43,194 nucleotides of DNA, taken from Candidatus Nomurabacteria bacterium. GTDB taxonomy: Bacteria > Patescibacteriota > Minisyncoccia > Phycocordibacterales > UBA9973. Each line of letters starts with the position of its first letter. The first letter of the stretch is position 1. The notes beneath the pieces were generated by a model. The model had not been told where the DNA came from. It did no database searches and saw only the letters and a program-made list of their open reading frames with translations. Positions 21,510-28,665 of the stretch are shown here, piece after piece. A program made the position numbers and the translations under genes. The stretch covers positions 1 to 43,194 of the forward strand of contig CAIOXK010000020.1 of NCBI GenBank assembly GCA_903862255.1, written 5' to 3'.

Positions 21510-21515
21510 ATTATA
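21510..21515 (-). promoter_or_regulatory. -10 box TATAAT located 6 nt upstream of the P-type ATPase ATG
   Basis: The minus strand reads TATAAT TGGCGC ATG, directly after the hairpin at 21520-21544. Confidence 0.55.
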
Positions 21516-21519
21516 TAAT

Positions 21520-21544
21520 AAAACCTCACTTTTTGTGAGGTTTT
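21520..21544 (-). terminator. Rho-independent terminator
   Basis: AAAACCTCAC ttttt GTGAGGTTTT. On the minus strand it is followed by TTTTATTAT. Confidence 0.75.
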
Positions 21545-21566
21545 ATTATATATAACAATGATTCTA

Positions 21567-21794
21567 CTATGCTTTTACTGCTTTGATCCCCGCACGGATT
21601 ATTGCAATGTCTTTTTTTGCAGCTGCAACACGTGCAGCGATTGCACTATCGGAAGTTACTCTAATCCGTGTAAAAGAACGCACTGACTGTTCAGAACTAA
21701 CTGGCGATGAGCCTATTAAATTTGCAGTACTATCCATTACTGGAATTACGGTAACGCTAATAGCCAGAGCTACTGTTGGAATAATATATTTCAC
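21567..21794 (-). CDS. Possible small secreted protein (75 aa, GTG start, N-terminal hydrophobic segment)
   Basis: The ORF is followed by a terminator hairpin. A competing antisense ORF at 21583-21822 makes the call uncertain. Confidence 0.35.
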   Translation of the reverse strand: MKYIIPTVALAISVTVIPVMDSTANLIGSSPVSSEQSVRSFTRIRVTSDSAIAARVAAAKKDIAIIRAGIKAVKA

Positions 21795-21862
21795 TGTTTT
21801 AGATCCGCTATTAATAATTTAGGTACGCTTATATTTACGAGCATCCTCGCACTTTTCTTTCA

Positions 21863-21871
21863 TGGTAAAAT
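21863..21871 (+). promoter_or_regulatory. Extended -10 TGGTAAAAT located 6 nt upstream of the VOC-family gene ATG
   Basis: TGGTAAAAT GAGGTC ATG. Confidence 0.55.
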
Positions 21872-21877
21872 GAGGTC

Positions 21878-22345
21878 ATGAAAAAAATCACACCATTTCT
21901 TTGGTTTAACAACAATGCTGAAGATGCAATCAATTTTTACTTAGAAATATTTAAAAATAGCAAAATCTTCAATATTCGCCGATTGCCAGACGGTAAGATT
22001 TTTACAGCCGAGTTTGAGCTTGAAGACCAGCGCTTAATGGTTATAAATGGTGGACCACATCCTATGGCATTTAATGAGGCTATGTCACTTTTTGTGACCT
22101 GTACTGACCAGGCAGAAGTAGATTACCTTTGGAATGCACTAATCATGGATGGAGGATCTGAGGGGCAATGCGGGTGGTTAAAAGATAAGTTTGGTATGTC
22201 ATGGCAAATTATCCCAAATGCACTTGGTGAGTATCTTAATGACCCTGACCCAATCAAAGCAGATCGTGCAATGAAAAATATGCTCCAAATGAAAAAGATC
22301 GTTATTGCTGATTTGACTTCTCCCCTTTTGCCCAAGCAACAATAA
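21878..22345 (+). CDS. VOC / glyoxalase-superfamily protein (PhnB-like, 3-demethylubiquinone-9 3-methyltransferase-domain family)
   Basis: 155 aa. The N-terminus (KITPFLWFNNNAEDAINFYLEIFKNSKI) and CGWLKDKFGMSWQI are characteristic of this family. Confidence 0.85.
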   Translation: MKKITPFLWFNNNAEDAINFYLEIFKNSKIFNIRRLPDGKIFTAEFELEDQRLMVINGGPHPMAFNEAMSLFVTCTDQAEVDYLWNALIMDGGSEGQCGWLKDKFGMSWQIIPNALGEYLNDPDPIKADRAMKNMLQMKKIVIADLTSPLLPKQQ

Positions 22346-22538
22346 ATAACAAAATAGTAAACATCGCTGTTGGAATAAACAAACCGATGATTACGTCACT
22401 ATTTTTGGTAAAGTTTTTTGCATTATGAGCAAAGAAAAATACGCTACCAACATAAAAAGCGATTATTAACCACCCTTGCCATGTTGCGGGTGTCCATCCC
22501 CAGCCATAGCGCTTTCTTTTGAACCAAGGTTTTTCCAT
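22302..22538 (-). CDS. Small two-TM membrane protein (78 aa)
   Basis: The N-terminal KRKRYGWGWTPATWQGW stretch is followed by two hydrophobic helices. TACAAT lies 6 nt upstream of the ATG (22545-22550). The 3' end overlaps the convergent VOC gene by 44 nt. Confidence 0.55.
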   Translation of the reverse strand: MEKPWFKRKRYGWGWTPATWQGWLIIAFYVGSVFFFAHNAKNFTKNSDVIIGLFIPTAMFTILLFIVAWAKGEKSNQQ

Positions 22539-22556
22539 CTGTAAATTGTACTCTTT

Positions 22557-24080
22557 TTATTCTACGTGAACAGTAATGTCTGTTCGTTCATTTTTCAGTT
22601 TGAGCCACAGTACAGAGAATGCACCAACTAGCACAATAATACTTGAAACAGTAAACACATAGTTATATGCATCGATCTGCGCCTTGAGCTCAATCAGTGT
22701 AATAAACTTCTGAATATCTAATGGATTATGACTATAGAGATGGCTCAAGCTATTGATATGTAAAATATTACTCTTAGTACGATTAGTTAAAATTGTACCG
22801 AATACTGCGATACCAAATGCTCCCGCAACGTTACGAGCAAGTGCCAAAATTGAAGACGCAATACCAATTTCATGCTGATCAACAACAGAAGCAATAACGT
22901 TTGTACGTTGTGCCATACCGAAACCGAGACCAAATGCCATGACACATAACGGAAGCATGAGACTCAATGCGGTTGATTTTGGATCAAGTGATGAAAACAT
23001 ATACAAACCAAGTGCGGTTACAATTGTGCTAGCAAAGATCACATATCGTGCCTGAATCTTTCCCGCCAACGCACCACCGATTGGTGCCCCTGCCATCAAC
23101 GCAACGGCCATCGGCATAAAGAGATATCCAGTTTGTGTTGCATTGTAACCAAGAAATGTTTGGGCAAATACTGGCAACAAAAACAATCCACCCATCAATC
23201 CCATGAATACTACGAAATTATTAAGTAATGTATTAACGAATGCTGGAATTTTGAAAAATCGTAAGTCAACAATCGGTTCTGATACAACCTTCTCAATGCG
23301 AATAAATAGTCCTGTCAAAACAACAATCAAGAAATAGCAGATCAAGCTTGAGGCTGACATCCATCCCCACTCTGCACCTTTGTCGAGCACTAGAACAAGT
23401 GCTGAAAGCATTCCGCCAAGTGATAGTGCGCCCCACCAGTCAAAGAATGTAGACGTAATTTCAGACCGAGATTCATTAATGAATCTCATTGCCATAAGTA
23501 ATCCAAGAATACCGACAGGTAAGTTAATTAAAAACACTGAGCGCCATCCGAAGTGGTCAATGAGTGGTCCTCCGAGTAATGGTCCAAATACACTTGCTGC
23601 AGCAAATGAACTAGACCAAATACCAAGCGCTTGCCCGCGCTCTTTACCTTCTTTAAAAGTTACTGCCAAGATTGCCATAGCTGTTGGATAGTCTGCAGAT
23701 CCGGCAATAGCTTGAATCACGCGAAATACAATCATTGATGGCAAGTTCCATGCGAAACCAGCAAGTACTGATCCAATAATAAATACGGTGAAGCCGATGA
23801 TATAGACCTTTTTACGCCCAATAGTATCACCTAATTTACCCCAGATGGGCACAAAAACTGCATTGGCTAGAATATAAGCAGTAGCAATCCATCCCGCAGA
23901 ACTTACACTAATCCGGAAATCACTGATGATATTTGGTAGTGCTAAATTAACAATAGTTTGATCGAGACGGCCAAGAAACGTGCCTACAATTACTGTGAGT
24001 AAAATCCACCATTTCAAATTACTAGTCTTCTCTTTTACATCTGGAACGGTTTCAGTTGTTTTTTCAACCTCCCTTTCCAT
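22557..24080 (-). CDS. MFS transporter, DHA2 (EmrB/QacA-like, 14-TM) drug:H+ antiporter family
   Basis: 507 aa with about 14 TM helices. The motifs LDQTIVNLALPNI and GKLGDTIGRKK are typical of MFS DHA2. Confidence 0.9.
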   Translation of the reverse strand: MEREVEKTTETVPDVKEKTSNLKWWILLTVIVGTFLGRLDQTIVNLALPNIISDFRISVSSAGWIATAYILANAVFVPIWGKLGDTIGRKKVYIIGFTVFIIGSVLAGFAWNLPSMIVFRVIQAIAGSADYPTAMAILAVTFKEGKERGQALGIWSSSFAAASVFGPLLGGPLIDHFGWRSVFLINLPVGILGLLMAMRFINESRSEITSTFFDWWGALSLGGMLSALVLVLDKGAEWGWMSASSLICYFLIVVLTGLFIRIEKVVSEPIVDLRFFKIPAFVNTLLNNFVVFMGLMGGLFLLPVFAQTFLGYNATQTGYLFMPMAVALMAGAPIGGALAGKIQARYVIFASTIVTALGLYMFSSLDPKSTALSLMLPLCVMAFGLGFGMAQRTNVIASVVDQHEIGIASSILALARNVAGAFGIAVFGTILTNRTKSNILHINSLSHLYSHNPLDIQKFITLIELKAQIDAYNYVFTVSSIIVLVGAFSVLWLKLKNERTDITVHVE

Positions 24081-24081
24081 A

Positions 24082-24717
24082 TTATTTGATGTAGACAGTC
24101 ATCTTAGCGGACATGCCATTTTTAAATTCTGGATGAGCTGCAATATCGTAACGAGCCTTCACTGTGAAATTCTTTGTTTCGCGCTGATCAGAGATAGTAA
24201 AAGCTACACCTGAATCGTTTGAAGTTGGACTAATTTCATCGATAACACCAGTAAATTTCTGGCCGCCATATGCATCAACAGTAAATGTAACTGTCTGCCC
24301 TACTTTTAAATCTGAAAGACCTTTATCTTCTTCGATTGTACCAACTACGCGTAATGCTGTCGGGTTGATCATGGTAACTACTGGAGCACCTGGAGCAAAT
24401 ACCTGACCAGGAGTGTCCTGAGTGGTAATAATAGTACCTGCAACTTTTGCAGTAAGTACTTCACTACCTACACGCGCAACAGGTTCATCAACAGTAACTG
24501 TGTCACCTGGCTTCACATATACTTCTGCCAATATACCCGACGCTTCAGGGCCAATAGTAATAGTTGGTGCAGTGATTTGTGATTTGTCGATTGATACATG
24601 AGATGAAAGAGATTTCCATACCAATGCTCCACCCAACAATAGAACGATCACGATAATACCAACAAGGCTCTGTACCCATGGTTTTGAAAAAATACTTTCT
24701 TTTTGTGTTTGTTCCAT
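24082..24717 (-). CDS. HlyD-family membrane-fusion / adaptor protein (short)
   Basis: 211 aa with an N-terminal TM anchor, a lipoyl-like VKPGDTVTVDEPVARV motif and a beta-barrel-like C-terminus. It abuts the MFS gene with a 1-nt gap. Confidence 0.75.
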   Translation of the reverse strand: MEQTQKESIFSKPWVQSLVGIIVIVLLLGGALVWKSLSSHVSIDKSQITAPTITIGPEASGILAEVYVKPGDTVTVDEPVARVGSEVLTAKVAGTIITTQDTPGQVFAPGAPVVTMINPTALRVVGTIEEDKGLSDLKVGQTVTFTVDAYGGQKFTGVIDEISPTSNDSGVAFTISDQRETKNFTVKARYDIAAHPEFKNGMSAKMTVYIK

Positions 24718-24721
24718 AAAT

Positions 24722-25699
24722 TTATTTTGTAGTAAGACTGATAACTGTTTTATTTTGAATTACAGACTGCCCTGTCTTAAGGTCAGCATCAATAAATGAC
24801 ACTGTGCCACTTGTTGGAGCAATGATAACATTGTTCTTGTAGGCACCGAGTGCCGTCTGATATACACCACGAGCGCTATCGACTGCCGCCTTAGCAGTAT
24901 TTGCTGCTGAATTTTTACCTAGATTTGCAGCGAACTGACTCAACACTTGGTCGCGCGTTGATACAGCTAAATCATAATTATTTTTATTTGTAACATATGT
25001 CGCTGACTTAATATTTGGAATATCAATAGTCCACATTGTTGCACCTGCAAATCCAGGGGCAAATTGAATATAGAGACCGCAAGTACCTATTGGTTGTGGT
25101 GTACTGTACGTCACAATACCATTACCATTTTCTAATCCTTTATATGTAAATGAGAAACCAGAGTTTGTGCCGGATGGGTACGGATCAATTTGATACGACC
25201 CCTCCGCCTCACAGTTATATGTACCAGTGATGCTTGGAATATGACTATCATCTTGTATGCTAGGCGTAGCGACAAGGCCACTTGAACGCATTGTACGAAG
25301 AGCATTTTGTACAAGCACATCTTGTTGTTTTTTTGCATTAGCGAATTGCACGTCTTGTGAAGCGTATTGTGCTTCAGCCAGCTCTAATGCACCCTTTGCT
25401 TGCGTTATAGCTCCTTGTGCATCACTAGCATCAAGCATTGCAAGCGTTTGACCTGCAGTCACATGATCGCCAGTTTTCACAGATACAGATGCTACGCGAC
25501 CACCCTTAGGAAATGCTAGGTCAACAGTATTATCTGAAGAATTTGTAACAATAGTTCCTGAAGATGTTAGTTCGGCAACTGGTGGAAGATTTACCAGAGG
25601 TGCTTTGCCAACAATACGGAACAAGACTACTGCTGCAACAACTGCAACCACTGCAACGATTGGAATAATTACTTTTGGTGTATTAAAAATTGATTTCAT
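24722..25699 (-). CDS. HlyD-like adaptor protein with a large inserted domain
   Basis: 325 aa with a TM anchor. The lipoyl-like VKTGDHVTAGQTLAMLD motif and the C-terminal half (APTSGTVSFIDADLKTGQSV) are split by about 150 aa of non-coiled-coil sequence. Confidence 0.65.
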   Translation of the reverse strand: MKSIFNTPKVIIPIVAVVAVVAAVVLFRIVGKAPLVNLPPVAELTSSGTIVTNSSDNTVDLAFPKGGRVASVSVKTGDHVTAGQTLAMLDASDAQGAITQAKGALELAEAQYASQDVQFANAKKQQDVLVQNALRTMRSSGLVATPSIQDDSHIPSITGTYNCEAEGSYQIDPYPSGTNSGFSFTYKGLENGNGIVTYSTPQPIGTCGLYIQFAPGFAGATMWTIDIPNIKSATYVTNKNNYDLAVSTRDQVLSQFAANLGKNSAANTAKAAVDSARGVYQTALGAYKNNVIIAPTSGTVSFIDADLKTGQSVIQNKTVISLTTK

Positions 25700-25704
25700 A
25701 ATGA

Positions 25705-26136
25705 TTATTTAACAAGTGTTTTGATGATATCTGATAACTGCTGTTTCTGTTCTGTGCTTAATTTTTTGAGCATATGCATAAGCATATTCTTTTTCTTTGC
25801 GCGCAACGTTGCTGAGAGTTTTACTGCTTTTGGGGTGAGCATAATATGAATAGTGCGACGGTCTCCAGAGCTAGTATCACGCTTAACCAGTTCAAGCTCT
25901 ACCATTGTTTCAATAATACTAGTAACTGACGGTGGTGTTATTTGCAAATACCCAGCAATATCTTTCATTGAAGGATTAGTATGTTCGGCAATATAGTGCA
26001 TCACCTCCAAATGCGAAAGTGAGCAATGCAGACTGCTTGTCTCTTTTTTATACAAGTCACTCATTGTACGCTTAAATACACTAAGCAGCTCCTGTAATTC
26101 AGTAATATCAAATGTTTGGGTGGGAATATTTGTCAT
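25705..26136 (-). CDS. MarR family transcriptional regulator
   Basis: 143 aa with a winged HTH (MKDIAGYLQITPPSVTSIIETMVELELVKRDTSSGDRR). Confidence 0.9.
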   Translation of the reverse strand: MTNIPTQTFDITELQELLSVFKRTMSDLYKKETSSLHCSLSHLEVMHYIAEHTNPSMKDIAGYLQITPPSVTSIIETMVELELVKRDTSSGDRRTIHIMLTPKAVKLSATLRAKKKNMLMHMLKKLSTEQKQQLSDIIKTLVK

Positions 26137-26155
26137 ATGCTTAGATAAACTAACT

Positions 26156-26233
26156 ATTAGCTAATCGAATAATATTGCAAATGAGGGTTATTGTCAATGC
26201 TCAAGAAAAAATAAAGAAAATAACCAGGTTATT
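26156..26233. promoter_or_regulatory. Candidate operators in the MarR / response-regulator divergent region: palindrome ATTAGCTAAT (26156-26165) and palindrome AATAACC-A-GGTTATT (26219-26233), plus an extra GGTTATT copy at 26186-26192
   Basis: Read directly. Which regulator binds which site is unknown. Confidence 0.4.
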
Positions 26234-26291
26234 AACGATTTTCGATCGCTTTTCTTAATCCCCTGTTTTATAATAAAAATACACATCATTT

Positions 26292-26966
26292 ATGCGTATT
26301 TTAGTTATAGAAGACGAAAAGGACTCACAAGACTATCTCAGAGATCGACTTAGAGAAAAAAGCTTTGCTGTTGATATTGCTGACACCGGCACTAGAGGAA
26401 TATATCTAGCCAAGACAAACGAGTACGATCTAATATTATTAGACTATGCCCTGCCCGAGAAAAATGGCTTTACTGTTTGTGAAGACCTAAGAACCTCCTG
26501 CATTCATACACCAATTATTATGATGTCTGTTTCGGATGCCTCAACCTATAAGGTACGTGGATTAAATATTGGTGCTGATGATTATGTATCAAAACCATTC
26601 TCGTTTGAAGAATTACATGCTCGCATGCAGGCAATATTGCGCAGGCCACAAGGGATACAAAGCTCATTATTAACAATTGATGATTTAGTATTAGATTCTG
26701 CCAAACAGATAGTTACGAGAGACGGCAAGTCAATTTATTTAACCCGTAAAGAATTTTCACTGCTCGAATACATGTTAAAACATAAATCAGTAGTCGTATC
26801 TCGCGGGCAAATCATGGAGCATATTTGGGATCTTGACTTAGACCCGTTTTCAAATACTATAGAGACACACATTCTTAATTTAAGAAGAAAAATTGAAGCT
26901 CCTTCGAAGACTAAATTAATTCATAGTGTTCCAGGTCGCGGATATAAAATTGATCTTATGAGATAA
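26292..26966 (+). CDS. OmpR/PhoB-family response regulator
   Basis: 224 aa. The receiver domain (ILVIEDE, LILLDYALPEKNG) and the winged-helix output domain (LTRKEFSLLEYML, VPGRGYKI) are both present. Confidence 0.93.
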   Translation: MRILVIEDEKDSQDYLRDRLREKSFAVDIADTGTRGIYLAKTNEYDLILLDYALPEKNGFTVCEDLRTSCIHTPIIMMSVSDASTYKVRGLNIGADDYVSKPFSFEELHARMQAILRRPQGIQSSLLTIDDLVLDSAKQIVTRDGKSIYLTRKEFSLLEYMLKHKSVVVSRGQIMEHIWDLDLDPFSNTIETHILNLRRKIEAPSKTKLIHSVPGRGYKIDLMR

Positions 26967-27038
26967 TTTATTCAATATTTTAATTATTTTTATCCCCTAT
27001 TTTCTATACTCTTATTGAGCTATAGAGTCGAATAGCTT

Positions 27039-27179
27039 ATGAATAAATATATCAATCACAGTATGAACAAAGTCATTGAAACCATCCTTACAGTCCCGAG
27101 TTCTCGTACTACAGAAAAAGCAAAACAGGTAGCTTATTCACAAGGTGGTTTTATACCGTGGGAAAATAGCGAAAATTAA
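27039..27179 (+). CDS. Possible 46-aa ORF between the response regulator and the kinase (below the ORF-track size cutoff)
   Basis: Own translation: MNKYINHSMNKVIETILTVPSSRTTEKAKQVAYSQGGFIPWENSEN. It fills most of an otherwise unexplained 232-bp gap. No Shine-Dalgarno sequence, though these seem generally absent here. Confidence 0.3.
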   Translation: MNKYINHSMNKVIETILTVPSSRTTEKAKQVAYSQGGFIPWENSEN

Positions 27180-27198
27180 ATACTAGATAAAACATACA

Positions 27199-28665
27199 AT
27201 GAATACCCGTCATCGAAACAGCAATGCTCAACTCAACATCAGGGCTTTGCTCAGGCGAGGTATTCATTTTATGTATTTACGACTTATAGAATCAGCATCA
27301 ACAAATGAAGACATTAGACGACATGAATTTATATTAAATACTATTCTTTCGTGCACTATAGGACTACTTACAGTACTCGATGTATATATTGCAATTGCAA
27401 CAATAAAATGGGGCTCGCTATACCATGGTATTCCATTTACGTATTTTACATTTGTAATTATTATATTTATATATCTGTTTATCTTATCAAGAAAAGGCTA
27501 CCATAGAGTAAGTAGTTTTTTACTATTATTACTGTATTTTATTGGCACCACTTTTGGTGCTGTAGAGTGGTCAATCTGGCTACCGTTTATAGGTATTAGT
27601 TATGTACTAATTATAGTCTTTGCTAGTATTTTAATTTCAACTAGATTTTCTATTTATGTAACACTGCTAAATATATTCACCATTTGTTTTGTTTCTTACC
27701 TTCAGATCAAGGGTTATATACATGTAAATTTGGAATGGAAGCATTCCTGGATTTCGATGCATGAACCAATACAACTTTCGTTTGTACTATTTGTCATTAC
27801 TGCAGCTTCTTGGTTGTCTAATCGCGAAATGGAACACTCACTGCAGCGAGCGCGTATTTCAGAGCAGGCATTACTAGAAGAAAGAAATTTATTGGAAATA
27901 AAGGTTGAGGAACGAACAGCAGAATTAAAAGAGTTGCAGAAAGAAAAGATTGCTCAATTATATCGCTTTGCTGAATTTGGCAAATTATCTACTGGCGTAT
28001 TTCATGATTTAATGAATTCACTACATAGTGTCGCAAACAATGTCGAGCGACTGTCAATGTCAGAAACTAATGTACCGGAAATAAAAGAACATATTATAAA
28101 AGCCGTGAGTGCAAGTAAACGCATGGGTAACTATATTGAGACCGTTCGTAAACAAATTAGCAATAAGGAAATAGTGGCTGTGTTTTCACCTGCAAAAGAA
28201 ATTGCTGATGCAATAGATATTGTTCATTTTAAGGCGCGAGAAGCAAATGTCCAGATAACTACACAGACAACTACTGAAACCTTATTGCATGGCAATGCTA
28301 TTAAATTTTACCAAGCAGTATCTAATATACTCATGAATGCAATTGAGGCATGTGAGGAATATGGTAATGACCAAAGTCTTATTATTGTTACGCAAATATC
28401 AACCCCTACTCATATAGTGATCACTATTCGAGATAATGGCTGTGGCATGGATCCCCTAACGCAAGAACAAGTTTTTGATGCATTTTTTACCACAAAAATA
28501 TATGGCAAAGGTACAGGATTTGGACTGTCTCAAACAAAAGAAATTATTGAAAAAGAATTTGGAGGCACAATAACTGTACATAGCGTTAAAGATATTGGCA
28601 CAATATTTACAATTACACTACCAATTCGTGAGTATAACAAAACAGATTCACCAGACAATCAATGA
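27199..28665 (+). CDS. Sensor histidine kinase, intramembrane-sensing type (multi-TM N-terminus, no large extracytoplasmic loop)
   Basis: 488 aa with about 6 N-terminal TM helices and a coiled coil. The H-box (GVFHDLMNSLHSV), N-box (NILMNAIEA), G1 (RDNGCGM) and G2 (GTGFGLS) are all present. Confidence 0.9.
   Translation: MNTRHRNSNAQLNIRALLRRGIHFMYLRLIESASTNEDIRRHEFILNTILSCTIGLLTVLDVYIAIATIKWGSLYHGIPFTYFTFVIIIFIYLFILSRKGYHRVSSFLLLLLYFIGTTFGAVEWSIWLPFIGISYVLIIVFASILISTRFSIYVTLLNIFTICFVSYLQIKGYIHVNLEWKHSWISMHEPIQLSFVLFVITAASWLSNREMEHSLQRARISEQALLEERNLLEIKVEERTAELKELQKEKIAQLYRFAEFGKLSTGVFHDLMNSLHSVANNVERLSMSETNVPEIKEHIIKAVSASKRMGNYIETVRKQISNKEIVAVFSPAKEIADAIDIVHFKAREANVQITTQTTTETLLHGNAIKFYQAVSNILMNAIEACEEYGNDQSLIIVTQISTPTHIVITIRDNGCGMDPLTQEQVFDAFFTTKIYGKGTGFGLSQTKEIIEKEFGGTITVHSVKDIGTIFTITLPIREYNKTDSPDNQ

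Noticed and set aside
21583-21822. Plus-strand 79-aa ORF competing with the minus-strand 75-aa ORF.
   Set aside because: The minus-strand frame has a signal-peptide-like N-terminus and is followed by a proper minus-strand terminator at 21520-21544. The plus frame has neither. Even the minus-strand call is kept at low confidence.
22302-22345. 44-nt convergent overlap of the VOC gene and the small membrane-protein gene; possible antisense regulation.
   Set aside because: Short 3' overlaps are common in compact genomes. There is no additional structure or repeat in the overlap, so it was not elevated to a finding.
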